NCBI GenBank assembly: GCA_051294905.1
Contig: CM119377.1
Location: forward strand, 11,222,001 to 11,286,000
DNA: 64,000 nucleotides
Origin: Botryllus schlosseri
Lineage: Eukaryota
Direction: 5' to 3'
In this document: positions 1 to 15,100 of the stretch, piece by piece
How positions within the stretch are numbered: the first letter of the stretch is position 1
How the letters are laid out: every line of letters starts with the position of its first letter
Program-made: the position numbers and the translations under genes
The notes under the pieces: generated by a model
Database searches by the model: none
What the model saw: only the letters and a program-made list of their open reading frames with translations
What the model was told of the DNA's origin: nothing

Positions 1-150
1 ATATTTATGATGTTTGTCTGTCCATACCCCATACAATCACCGTTATTGCGTTGAGTATTCTGCTCGTTTCCGCAAGTCGGTATCAGCTTCAAAGATGCAA
101 AGTCCGATATTTGGGTGTGTTTTGTAATTTGAATTGTTTTGTTTGATCAG

Positions 151-3100
151 GCAAATTTGGCGTTTGAAAGAGTCATGAATACATTTATAATAGAAGGCAA
201 TGGAAACCAAGTGATGGAAGCGCATGTAAAGGTTGTGGAAAATTTGCAAAAATATGTAAGTTATGTTCAATTTCCATCAATACTTGCTCATTAGCTGTGC
301 AAGGATGTTTGGTCAAATTGGTGAAATGGCCGAACTAGGTAGGCCTAAATATTCAGGTGTTCTTTTTTATCCAGAGCATTTTTATTCTGAAAAAAAACGA
401 TAAAAATGTGATTTTGCACACAAAACAAAACATTAATGAATATTTATTGCAAATAACTATGACTTCTGCTGTTTTCTTTCATTTAGCAGTTCAGAAATGT
501 GAGGTTTCACTTTGGAAAGTGTCATCATATGGTCGGTTGAAACGAAAAACGCGACAACAATTTCTTAATTTCAAAAGAGCTTATCAATGATGGAGATAGA
601 ATTAGCATTTCAAAATATGAATAGGATGTTGCATACTTCTTGTGGCATATACACCAACTCATAATATACATACACACGATCTGTGCATATGCGCACCATG
701 AGTGCATGATGTGAATATGCCGCTAGACAAGGAAGATGCAGAAATAGCCTTGTAAGGCTTTCTAAGTCTTGCACCACCCCTCCATGCTATCCCAGTAATG
801 CTAAGCGACAAGCGGGGAAGACATGGATACCAGTATTACCAATCAGGTCTTTGGTCTGACCTGGCCGGGAATCGAACCTGCGACCTACCGATCAAGAAAC
901 CGGACGCTCCACCATTACGCTGTCTTGTCGGCGAAAGCACAAGGTTTCGATTTCTTACCCCAACCTACCCTCCGTACGCCGTCGCGGCATACCACCTCAA
1001 CAGTTTGACTACTGATGGTGCCTAATTGTCTGCAACCAATGATGGCTAAGACGAGCTTGTCATCAGGAATCATATGTATGAGTTGAGTATGTGTCTTGAC
1101 CTCCAGGGAACCCTTGAGACTGGCTCCTAAAAAACCCGGGAACCAATGTATTATAACTCAAGAACACTAGAAGATCCACTCATTAAGAGTGATTTGCCGA
1201 CTGTTTGCGCACATATCAATAATTAGATTGTCTTCTATTGCAGAATGAATTTCGGACTCTTGAAATCGCAATTCGAAATTTCAATGTGGTTAAATTCACC
1301 GGTGGAAAGAAAAGGATAAATCTATCCAAACTGAATAAACGCTATGGAGTAAGTATTCATAAAAGTATTCCCAAAAGTATTCCATACTGCTCAGAAAAAA
1401 GGTCGCTTTTAATTCATCCCCTGAAGCTTGAATCAGAATAGGTAATGGTCATGAACCTCATTTTGTCGCTTGTGTCTTATATTCTCTGTATTACTTTTCA
1501 TTCAGTGTGCATGTCTCTTCTTTACTTCGCCTAGGCTTAGGTGGGTGTATGATATTAAAGGCTACTCCAAATTGTTTCGACACCTTCCTATCTTTTCACT
1601 GTATTGCAGTCTTGTGATGTTTTGAAACGATGAAAATATTAATAAAACTGATTGATTGATGAATTGTGGTATTGACAAAGATATGGTGGATAATTTCATA
1701 CCTGCAAAGAATTTTCAAGATAACATATTTCGTGTCGTTCAGACAGGCCATTCATTTTTTCTTTTATTTACCTAGAAGTCGACTTTTAGCAAAATTCGCC
1801 TATTTTGTGCCAACAAAAGATGTTTGTGTATCATCTAAAAATATTATATTGAGCTTTAGTCATCTGTTTGTCTCGATTACACACCCTACACTGCACTGTT
1901 TACTTTCAGAAGAAATAAACTTTTCCCATATGCCTGAGGCAATAGAATTGAATACATTGGCAATTGTCTTTTCAGTATAGCTTCCAAACTTTACAATATG
2001 GATTTTTCACCACTGCTGTGGTCAATCTCTTTTCATGGAAAGAAGTTGACAATATGAATGATCAGACCTTATCTTGATATAGGAAAACACCAACTTATTC
2101 ACTGAGTGTAGTATTAGTAGTGCCCTATTCTTGTGCATTTATCGTAGCGAGGCGTAGGAATCAATCTGCTGCTGTTTTTATATTTTAAAATGCATTCATT
2201 TAGTTTTAATCATTGCCGGAATGCATGCCAACTACTATTCCAATGTCGTCAAAAATTATCAAGTAAATTTCATTGCTTGTCAAGGCACTTGGCCAGCTGC
2301 GTGTGAGAGATCGGGAAGTAGAAGTATTATGTAGGTAGATCATCAGTCACTCCACAACGTCAAATTCTTCCTGCCAACGTTATCATTTGTGATATCAGAG
2401 TTCCTCCAAGAGCGGTTCTATAAGTTATATTGTTCTTATACATGTAAGTCGCCTTGCCCACCTGTCATCACACGGATCACCGAATTCAGCTCCCTAAACG
2501 TTGATATGTGAAACTGCAGGGTCCCCATAATTTCTTGTACCATGCTTTCTTCTCAAAGGTAGACATCAAGTATGCAAAGAAATCCAGACATCTTTCAGAA
2601 GATGACAGGACTTCCTTCAAAATAATTGGGAAGCAAGAAACACTTAAAATACTTTTCAAGGAGCTCAAGTCGAAATATGGTGCTAGGAAGGTGAAGCGCT
2701 TCCTTTATTTGCATATTCTAGAACGCTGGTTCTGAAACTTTTTTAGACAGACTCCCTTGATGATAGTGAAAAATTCCACGCCCCCTAGAGTCATATCGAT
2801 TACACCCTGTCCGACATCGTTAAGTTACTTGTAATTATTTCATGCATCACTGTTATTTTCTTTACGGTTGGACGAATCAATAAATATTTCTTTCTCTCTC
2901 TCTCTCCCTTATCGCCTTATCAAATATTATTTAAAAGAGCAACCAGAATGTTTGCAATACCAACACATAGTTTGATGGCATGGAAAGTTATGACTGTTGA
3001 TAAATCAGTCTGATATCGAATTTGAACAATACACCAGCAAAAATTAGGAACCGGAGATAAATCGCGCGGAGCATGAAACAAATTTCTGTTGAATATTTTT

Positions 3101-6100
3101 TCTAAAATAATCATGCGTAGTGGTAGCATGTAGTATGCAGATTTTTGGTAATCTTAGTGTCTCAACAGGGGTTCCCAACCTTTTGTACACTGTGGCTTCC
3201 TTTGAAAATCGTGAAAAGCTGATGTCCCCCTATTTTTTTCAACATTTTGGCAGCACCATTTAAATCAAAACTGGTTTATACGGTAACCGGTAATAGGAAC
3301 AATAAATTGATATAAATACAACACATAACAACCATGATAGTACAATAATTAGTAATTACATATCCAGCTAATATAATGCTTGAGCTCTTTTATTCTGACA
3401 ATGTCTTAATTGACGGTTTGGCGGTGTAAAGAGCCAGGCACATGTCATATTGAGTATCCAAGACACTGCGTTGCTTCGTCTTCAGAAGTAACATTGTTGA
3501 AAACGCGCATTCCCAGTGATATGTTGATGGGAAAGGCAACAACAAATGGCTTCACAATTTCATAAGGCTTAGGGTACACTTTACTTAGTTTGGAAATAAA
3601 CCGCATTGAGCCTTGAATACTCCTTTGTCATGTAGACATGTGAAGCCAAGCCTAATAAATCCTTCATCACACTGCCTTCTATTAACAGAGGCAGCCATTC
3701 GGCAAATTTTTAAATATTTATATTTATATATTTGTAAGTGAAACAATGAAATTAAACTCGAGAGCAAGAAGTAGTTTATTGCAGTGCTAGTATTTTTTAT
3801 TTATTTATTTTTTGTTATAATGGAGTAGACATAGGATTTTTTTCAAAATGCTCTACATGGGATATGATATGACCTTATACTGAGATATAGGCCTACTACT
3901 GTAATTTTCCATGTATAATGCGCAAAATTTTCCCGATTTTTTGGCCTAAAATCAGGGGTACGTATTATGCATGGGTGCAACAAGCCTTGAATAAAATCTC
4001 CCTTGAAACATAACTTGAAATCACCCTTTCTTCATGTTTGTTTTAATCGCGCAACACATTCAGTCATCATGCCCCGTAATTAGTATTATCAGTGCTACGC
4101 GCTGCCAGTTAGCGAGAAGCGTGTTGCCAATTAGTGTCTGCGCTGTTCCACTGTACAATAGCAAGCAATCTCCGGGCGAGTTGGTTGCCGAGCGAAATTA
4201 GGTCACTGGATTGCTGCACCCGCACGTGGCAACTCTCGCTAATTTATTGCGTCAACTACAGGCCTGATCAATCACATTAACAGCACGCCATGTGCGCAAG
4301 ACGTAATCGCTGGCCTACACACTATAGTCGCATCTCCAACAGGCCTAATGCGTACGACATAACCGTTTGCCTGAACAATCGCAGATATTGTCGCTGGCCA
4401 GAACTATCGCGTCGCGGGCCTCGCAGGCTTTGGCTGCTATCATAGTTTGAGACAATGCCGTTAAGTGTATAATGATTAGCGATTGTTATGTCATGATTGT
4501 TCAACAGTGACATCGCAAAACAGAATGACATCGAATACTAAAACATAACTATTCATGTACTGCGAACACAGGGTGCGTACTGTACATGGGTAGGCCTACA
4601 GGCTTTTTCCCAGAATTGACACGTCATTTTAGGGGTGCGTATTATACATGGGGGCGCACTATATTCGGAAAGTTACGGTAATTCTCCATAGCTTTTGTGT
4701 CTTTCTACGCACTTTACCCAGACGCTTGACAGACAGACCATAAAAGCATCAGATGATTGCCACTCACATTCACCAGTTCACATTCAACAGTTAGTTCAGA
4801 AGTATCTTCTCATCGGTGCAAAATCCGGTATCAGTAAAAATCTAGCACCGGTGCATAATTTGTACGATTCAATTATGACATTTAAAATCGTAATATAATT
4901 AGGCGCAGTTAAGTTTCACTACAAATTAAACTCATTCTGGGTTCAAGTAACATTAATTGTCCGGCTTCGCGCCTCCCCTCAGATGCTTTCACGCGTAAAT
5001 TTGGAATGTGTAATTATGTCAATAATTATTCAAGATTGGTTACCATGAACCGGAGGCGCCAAATCAGATCCGAAGACAGGAATCCAATTTAAGCAATGAC
5101 TCATTTTCTCTTCTGTCGCCACTTGAACATGACGATCCCGATGCTTTCATTGACGGTAATATTTTTGTTTATAGTATCATGTTAGCTGGTCAATTGGTAG
5201 ATATAATATAAATCAATATTGCCCATACAAATACATTTAAAAAAAGATATCACAAATAGTTGAAAACTCATTAGGAATGAATGCGAATCATTATTATACA
5301 TTATTCTGCTGTAATATGCAGAATGCAACCCTTTCAGGCAGTTGGATTTCTAGTCCATGAAAATATAGTAATCTGATTTCCGTGGAACCGCTTGGATGGG
5401 GATTTGTCAATGCAATTATTTTTATGCCATCGGACTCTTTACAATCATTCAAACTGTATTGTCCACTAATCATGCTTTCAAAGTCTTTATTATTTAATAT
5501 ACAAGATTTGAAGCTAGTCCACGAGTGTTGAATTGACATTGAATTGACCCAATCGCAATTTACAACCCTATTATATAGATACCATCTGAACACTTGTTCA
5601 TCTCACTGACTCAAGCTATATTGGACACACTGCATCATGCAGAACGATAGTTTATTGACTCATGACCTCTATGTCATGTCTATGTCAAAGAATGACCCTC
5701 TGTATTTTAGAATCCGTCACTTTCGATTATAAGTCATTTCAATGTGTGTTCTACCAATGGAATGATGGAGATCAGAGCATAGTAGAATTTATCAAAAAGT
5801 CACCAACATTTTATCTGAAGCTCCGGAATTCGTTTTCATCTGACATATCAATACTTATCAAAGACGATTCCATCTGTTTTGCTGGCACTACATTCGGCGT
5901 AAGTATTACATCATTCTTATTTACATGATATGCTTATTTGTTCACAGATAAATGTCATCAATGTATAAATGCTTGTCTCTTTTAATCATCATCATCATTA
6001 TCATCATATAATTTATCAAATGGTAAATGATAATTTATGCACTGACAATCGACAATGAACTAAATTAAGGCCGTGCCAGCTTGATCGTCGCTTTTACTTT

Positions 6101-9100
6101 GGTACATTTGAGTCCATCTCGTAGAACAGAATGATACAGAAAATAACGTTTCAGCCCTTGCTACATGGCCTAGTACTCTATTTGGAAACTTAATGTACTA
6201 TTTTAACTGCATGTGTGTGTGTCTCACAAAATTGCAGTATAGGTTGAATTGTTCGGTATCAAAATACTGTATAATAGTGCAACGATATAGAGTTAATGTT
6301 CCTGGAAGTAGAAGTATAGCTAAAGTATAATAGGTTTAGCTGGCTGACTACTTAACCTGGAATCCTGTAACCTGGTGAGATCTTCTCAAGTCGCAGATAT
6401 TACACAAGACGTACGAATACATTTCAGACGTTGATAACAGTAGGTTTAGCAAAAGAGTCTCGTCTCGAGTCAGCTAAACATGCGCTTACATAGACTCATG
6501 ATCATTGCAATAGGAAGTCAGATTCGTATCCTAATATGGCGTGAAATACACAATGTTGGATATTATCATACTCCCGCAATCAGGTTTATCACATCTGTAT
6601 CACAGCTGTTTCATAGCTGTATCAGCGGTATAAGTTGCCACAGCTTGGCAGCCTTTGATCGAATGAAGCCAGATCGAATGAGATCTGCTTGCGGTTAGTA
6701 GGTTTGGAGGTTGTCTATTACATTTCATGGTTGGACGATAACAGGGATCGCCTGCAATATCACTAACCTGCATGTTTTATTTGACCAGTGTCAATTACTG
6801 CAGTATAGCGCACCTGAAAACCATTTAAACTCAAGTATTTTTATTGCATTGTCTGCATTTATGTGTGACAATGAACCGAAAAATTGATTTCCCGCTTAAT
6901 TTGAACAATAGTGAGCGGAACCAAAGTGTCCTAATGAAAGGTAATATAATCGACTGTAATATGCAGATCTGTGCATATGTGGGTAGCATGGGTATAGTTT
7001 TTTGCGAGATGGAATTGCATATTAAACAATTGAATTGTGCATTGTAAATATGTTCTTATTGAATGTACATTTAGGACACCGAACACCGTAAACAGTGGAC
7101 AGAATCTATCAGAAGCAAGTTGAATAATTTCTTCAATGGATTCAAAAGTTGTAAAATTCACTTTCATCCCAAAACCGTGTGTGATAAGAGAGACATTTTT
7201 GATGATGATCTGACTGTAACGTGGTCAGAAGATCCGTTGATTGCATCCGTGTGTGGCGTCAAAGATCAAGTGAAAAAAAAACTCGAGGAGTTCGAAAGCA
7301 TCAAGGTATATTCAGAAGTTTTATAACCAATATCACGGTTGTAGCTAAGGGATGCACCAAGGGCGACCTTTCCGCATCCTAATTTTTCACTTGATCATTT
7401 TTTAAATTTTTTTATCCACAACATTGGGGCTTATCGCCTATAAGGTCATTTGCGCCCAGCACAGTAATTGCATTAAGATCGATGTCTTAGCGGTATTTTC
7501 TTGTCCTGTCACGGACGGCTTCCATTCTCGCGCCATCGGTCACTCTCGTTTTTCGTGCGTCTGTGAGCTTCAGTCTTTGGCTGCCGACTTTTTGACTCGG
7601 CTCACCTTCACTCTGGGCTTATTCATACACTGCAATCGCAGCGAGGTTAGCGATGAGGAGTCCAAATAAACCTACACATTGCAGTTAGTCCGAACCGGGA
7701 TTTGAACCACTTCCATTTTGATCATTGTGATTTCATCCGTTCTCGCTAAGTCGGAATGGATTTGAGACATTGCATTGCGGGGCAGATAGGGTAGTGGTGG
7801 TGATAAGCGCCTAGGCTCTAGGCTCCTCTGCGGCGGCAAAAAATCCCAGAAAAAGACCAGACGAAAGAGAGCACTCACAAAGAAACGCACCTTAAAAAGC
7901 ACTGTTCTTATTGTTCATACAATAATTAAATGTCACTTAAAAGTATTTAGAATTTGTAATTGAAATTTACCATAAATTTATAAAGTGAAAATCGAGACAT
8001 TTCCTTTCCCTTTTTCTGATGGTTTGGAACCACCGGTATAGACTGTAATATCTCTAGTATCTCTTGGCTACATCATATCGGAAATTAACTTCCTTGAGCT
8101 CAATTCCAATACTCAAACTATATGAATACTAGACAGGGTATGTTGAGCACACTAGATAATGTGTTAAATTTTACTCAACATCTTTAAAAATATATTCCAG
8201 GAGGCAACAGAAGCTGTTTTTGTGGTCCTGAATTCAATAGTAAAAAACTGAGAGGGATGATCACCTGAACTTTGGTTTTGAGACCCTGTCTGGTTGCTTT
8301 AAACATGCTGAACGAGAGTGGAATGAAACAGTCTTAAATAGAATATGGTTAAGTCAAACTCCGCAGTATTGACATATTAAAATTCACTTGAAGTAATGGG
8401 CAAAAGTAGATAACTTTATTTCGTTAAGAATGGTCAACTGTCATTTGTTCTTGCATTTTTCATCAGAATCGAAAAAAAGTGGTACAAGCATCTTTCCCAT
8501 GTGAAAAGCATCTCATAAGATTCATGCGTCAAAATTTACAAGTGGAAGATGATATGAGTTTCATTGATTGTGGACGTATCCGGTTATCCTATGAAGAAGT
8601 TGAGTTTTCTTCTGAGATACTTGAGGTAAGACTGGTAAGAGGCACCAAATCGTATATTCAAATGTACCGACTTACCGCGTGATTAGGAATAACAGACTAA
8701 TTATATTATGGAATATGTTCTGATCATCAAATTTGCATCATCAAAATTTTCAAGTTGGATTCGTTTGACCAACATAATTCTGACTGTGCATGATGTCACA
8801 TCGTCATTTAGAATCAAATTTTCTGTTTTAACGAAGCAATAAAATTATTTATATCGCTGTTTATTTTTCAAGTCTTACAATAAGTTGAATGTGTTGAGCA
8901 TCTATAATTAGAGAGTAAGAAATGTGTAGTTTAACGGTATATATTTTGGGTAATTATGAATAATACATAGAACAATATCAGTATTGTAAGATACACAGGA
9001 AATGGTAACGAAGTTTAGGGTATCATAGATTGAAGTCTATGTAGTATCTTGAAATTTTATACAGGAATTGTGGTATGAGATGATTTGTGTATGATGCGAA

Positions 9101-12100
9101 ATATTGAGAGGAAGTAATTCGTATTTATTTATATGTATGTAATGCAACGCAAAATATTCATTCATTCAATTCATTCATATCGATTTGACATTACGTTTTG
9201 GAATGATTCAATAAATCTGCCAGTCTTTGGAAGACAGAAACAAAAACACCTTGTCAGTGTGATCTCGACTGCGTGTATACAAGACAGAATCTGTCGTACG
9301 TTACTCCAAGCCGATCACTGCCATTGACGCTGGTCTGTCAAGAAACATCTACGCGGGGAACTATACAAGTAACCTTCCGGAGTCAGATTACATAAGTTTA
9401 ACAACAAAAAGACAATCGTCCTGCTTTATATGTAGCAATAATGGTACCTATCTTCTCAATGTTAAGGCATGATCTGAATGTATATTGTTGACTTGACGCC
9501 AGCTTATGCTGATGACTGATAACTTCAATATTGTCCTTTGATGTTAATATGTTTGAGAACCTTATTTAGATTTGTCTTTCTATTCATTTCAATAGATCGA
9601 ATCATCGGAAGAATGGAATAATGAATGTGAACTCATTTTCAATAAAATTATGAATGGTCTCACATCAGAGCGGATACCTGTCCCACCTATTTATTGTGGC
9701 AGCATGCGCTCACAATGCAAAGAAACTGAACAAGTGGTTGTGGAATGGTTGAATGAACACAGTGAACTTCTTTTATATGGGTACAGGGAGAGTGTTCTTT
9801 CAGAAAAGACAAAGCTCGAAGAGAGATTGAAAGATTTGATCGTGAGTTTATTGTCAATGGCATAACATAGGAATACTCAAGCTTTTATTCGGAGTGTTTG
9901 CATGTAACGGCACCTAGACAATACGAAAGTTCACAATTGTGTGACTTGTTGCATAATCGGAGTAACTATAATTTTTGGTGAATCTAGTTGACAATTTTTT
10001 TTTGTACTACCCAGTTTCAGCCTGTTTCACCCAGGCTGTAATTTTGATGAATAGATTTGCAATATAGGCGTAGTCTTATGACGTCCAATGTATCGCTGGC
10101 TACTGTTGCTTTTGGTCCGGAAATGTCAATATAATCCTCGACAAGCCAGCACCTTTTCGAAATCGCAATGTATAACGGAAATCGTATCCAGAACTCCGCG
10201 CAGCAGCAAAGCAATGCACTGCCTATTGTGTCACGATATTGTGTACACGTTGTGTTATATCGTATTCTAGTGCCTTATTAAGATTTGTATGTTATAATCT
10301 CCAATCACGAACCACAACCTCACCAGGTTCTGAATTGAATACATAAACCCCCGCACAAAATAGGTCCAAGCTGAATAAAGTCATCAGCCGTAGTCTTCCA
10401 ATATCTCATTATCTCGTGGCTCCCTCGAGCATTCCAAATGGCACCCCGATCAAGAACCACTGATATAGATTATTGTCTTATAATTTAAAATAATTTTAAT
10501 CTATTGTATTAGCAGTTTTCAGATGAATTGCTTTTCAATTAAAATTGAATTATTACTGGTCATTTAATTAAAACCTTTTAATCCAGATGTGCGCACAACC
10601 GCTTTGGAATTTCTGAAATAACAGCAAATTCGGACAAACATCTTGGCGATAAGGCTGGCGGCAATGCTCAAGAAAAATTCATAAAATTTTTGGTTCAAAT
10701 TGGAATCATTTGAGATGTGACGAAATTGCGTAATTTTTTATGACGCTCTGTGAATAGGATAAGGCATATGTTCATTTTAAACACCCTTCAGCAAAGTGGA
10801 AAGTGGCTTGAAGTTCACCCCATATAAATGTTGTTGTAATCATATGAGATTCACTTTTTAATTTTTTCAATGTATGTTGTGGACTTTTAGTGGTACACTA
10901 ATACTTGATAGAAATTCGTCATATGCACAGATTCACCCAATACTAAACTCGCTGATTAAGTAAAAGCAATGGAACCTATAGGGAGCATGGAGGCCTTTCA
11001 TTCATTCTATGGGCGTTTTAGATGTAGATGTTGGGTATGGACTTATTTACATGCTCAATTACTTATTGTGGCCCCATTTTCAACCTGTTGTGATCTTTAA
11101 AAAACGTACAATAATTAGGACTGTGAAAACTTGCTTATTTCAATAACACCATGGTTGGACTATATAATGTGCGCTACAAATACACCTATAAAAATGCCCG
11201 AGTGCAGACCTGCATAATATAGTAGAATAATATGTTCATATTTATTACCCGAAACAGTGAAATAACCCGTTAGCTTTTTAAAGCAATCAGTCCTTGGCTC
11301 GAAGGTCTTCAATCCATTCTAGTTACATCACTATTTACTTCTTATCGAAATACAAGCAATTTCTACTGTATCAATACTAGTCAGCCCTCAAGATTACCGG
11401 ACCACAATCTGACATATGGACCACGCCTACCGACACATGCAGCATTCATTTTGTCTCTTACTTTCATGTTATCCTCCTTTAATCCAGTGTGCATGCCTCT
11501 TATTTACATGCTGCTGGTCAAGGTGGGTGTCTGATTAAAAGACTTCTACAAGTCGTTTCGGCACCCTCCTATCTTTTCAATATATCACAATTGTGTGGTG
11601 TATTTATTTGAATTTTTTTTTTTAGTAAAGTGATGATGATGATCCATTCTATTGCGATTGATATTGCTGTTCTCTTGATAGGTCTAACTAGACCACCATT
11701 TGAGATTTAATGTACGTGTCAAATATTTTCAGATTTGTTAATTTTGATCCTACAGACCAAGAAAAAGAGTGTATGTACAAACTACCAAAGTGGGAATGAA
11801 GAAATATTAACTTTCATCTGCGATTCACCTATTCATATGAAGAATTTTGTCGATCATATTCAAAGTTTAGGCTCACCAGAAATAAATGGCAAAAACGTGA
11901 CTATACGCGGAGAAATATTTGAGGTAATATTCTAAATACGTGCTTTGAATTTGACGGTTCTGTGTGCTTATTATTTCTATTGTGACGTCTATTTATGTTA
12001 CCATTGAGGCTAGAGCATTTTTGATAGACTTCCAAGCTGCTTCCTTGAGTGCATTATTTTCATGTTTCTGCTTGATGTGGTTTTGGCATGTCTTCAAAAT

Positions 12101-15100
12101 CGCAATCACTACTTAAATGCTGGATGAACACTAATAGATAATTCCCACCACTCTGTAAAAGTAAATTTGAATTTCATTAATGGCACAGTTCATCGTTCAA
12201 GAATAAAATATAGTATAGCGTCAAATATAGGCCTCGTGATTTCCGGGTATGAAAATTTTTTGTAACCCATGTTTTCTCTCTGTTCTCGAGGGTCTACAGT
12301 TCAGATCTTGGTATCAAATTGTACAACTCCAAGAGTTACATGAAACGCACACATTGGCTAATTCCTGGATAAAGCCGTTTAAGAGATATTGGCGGCTTAG
12401 TTACCATCACAGAATCGAATAACGATTGGAAGCTCTGAAATTAATCACATCACCACCGGCAAGACAAAAATCGCTCTTGAAAAGGATGTTAGCCTATTCC
12501 TACTGTAGCCTACGTAGTATTGTCATGCTACATTCCTTGTGTTTTGATACATAATGATCTCATGTACAGAGTACACATTTGATCTATAGCACAACTCAGT
12601 TTCGGATTGGGAGAGCAACTGTAGGAAGAAAATCAAAGAATTCCTTGAACAATTCAAATCAACTCGAATGAATGTATCTGCAACCGGGGATGCTCTTAAG
12701 CATTTCACCGCATCAACCAAGCCCTCAAAGGAAGTTACTTTGAGATGGATTGAACGCCATCAGTGTTATTATGTTGTTGGAATAAAGGAACTTGTCGATG
12801 CTACAGTTGCTTCCATTATGGAAAGGGAAAAACAAGTTACTCTGATGGTGATTTTATATCTTTTTCTTGTATTACATCATTTCTTCAATCTAATATGCCA
12901 TGCGTTCAGCGTCAATTCTACCATAAATCAGTGGTGACGAAGTTAAAAATACTAACTTTTAGTGGCTTATTTTGCTTAGCATTGCATGTTTTCAGATTAT
13001 AATATATTATTTCACCTTTGGATACAATGCAAACGCTTCTTCATTTTGTGACCTCGCAATTTTATGCCAATAATCTCCTACTTGATAATACCCTATAACC
13101 ATAATGTTTCACTCATTACCACACATTTGAAAGTTCCTATCATTACAATCATGCATTCAAACTCAACTCAACAATATTGTGTACAATGATTTGTAGGAAA
13201 AAAAATTGACGCCTAAAACTCAATGGCATTCAAAGAAACTGCCCATATCGGATAGACCATCAGAAATTCCTCAAGCAATATGGAGGAGTCTCACGGAACA
13301 ATTGCCGACACCTGATAAGGGGATTAGGTGGAATCGTGACTCAATTAAAAAGCTATCAAAGAATACCGAAGTGCCACGAGGTAGGTAGCAAAAATATACT
13401 GGAGAGTGGAGACCCCGGGTTATACTTGAAGGGGCACTGCGCTCTAAAAATGATGTTGCCTCAATTTGAAGCGCAGATCGAAAACAATTTTTTGGTCACA
13501 TCTATTTTTTTCAGAAAGCCATCGTAACGGAGCTCCAATGAATGAATTTTGTATAAGACGAACTGACGTGGTTGCGCGTCATCGATTCTTAAACAGTTGC
13601 GAAATTTCTGTCGCGATATCTTCACCGTTGCACTTGCTCGACACAACCTCCATGTTGTAGCTCAATCTCTTTATGTAGTATATGGTAAACATATGCTGCG
13701 ACACTCAGTTTGCTTCCAAATGATACAAAAGCACGGTCTCTCAATGCCACTTGCAAAAAACATACCTATGCGTAGTCACCATACTGTCGAGGCTCTGTTG
13801 TACACTGTCGGTATCCTGCTGTGCCAACTGCCAATGCCGCCTGGTCGAATGGGGAATTAATATAGATGTTTAATTTGGTTATTAACGAATGCACAATTCA
13901 CAAAAATGATCTAACGAAGGTGGTGCCGATTGTGCCTCATTATCATTGATGTAAAATGATAGCAATTTTGTAGTGCATACGGTAAAGTACTGTGACAATA
14001 ATCATTGGGCAAGAATGTATTCGGTGGTTGTGACTTCATTCGGAGATAATTCCCTGTAGAGGCCAACTGTTTCTAATATTTATAGTGAATTAGAATGTGT
14101 CCTTGAGAATGTTCATTGTTGAATCATAGGCTAGTGTCAGATCATAAGACACCAGCATTGCACAGCACAGTACCTGCAGCGTACAACCGACCCTTGACCA
14201 GTATGGTGATTATGCAAATACATACATGTGTTGCGAGTGGCATTGAGAGTCCATGCTGTTGTATCATATGGATTGTGGAAGCAAGGTGAGTGACACATAT
14301 GTTTTCCACTTAATACATCAAGAAATGAAGCTACAATATGGAGGTCGCGTCGAGTAAGTGCGACGGTGAAGATATCGCGCCAGAAAGTTTGCTACGGGTT
14401 AAGAAACGCGGTAACTAGAGCGTAATGCATCATATGCAAAATCCATTTAATTGCAGCTCCATTACGGTGGCTTTCTGAAGTAAATGGCTATGACCAATTT
14501 TTTTTCTCGAACTGCGCTTCAATTTGAGACCACATCATCTTTAGAGCGCTGTGCCCCTTTAGCCTTATACATGTCAGAGAGTTCTAGATATCCCTGGTGG
14601 TGAGAGATGATTCTTTCAAGTACTGAAAGTATGCGCTCGTTGCCACAGCGAATATTATAGTTTCGATAGTATTTTCCAGTGAGTTAAAGCCTTGAAGTCT
14701 AGGTTCATCGTGTTGCAGCATATGAATCATGTAGTAAAAAGCGTTGGTGGAAATTACATATCTGTGAAGTCGTGATTCACCAACATAATTGTGATAGAGT
14801 GCAATGTAATAGGTTTTAAAAATATGAATTTACCTCTAATGTGGTACAGTACTGGCATTATATTCTTTGTGGTACCGTAGCATAAAAAGTATATATTTGA
14901 AATGTCCTCATCTTGTATACTGCTATGATGTCATGGTGATTGAAACTCGAATACTCAACTCGAATCCTAACACTCGCTTTAGAATCGAATCACTCAGGCC
15001 CCTAATTATTGGTTGAATATTTTTTTGTTGATTTCTATAATATTTCTAGTAATGATTATAAAGAAGGATGTCATAACTTACATTGTGTGTAACAGGTATC

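Noticed and set aside
7340-7900. GC-richer block as a gene or defined transposon
   Set aside because: No TIR/TSD pair or recognisable motif found; probably an old repeat.
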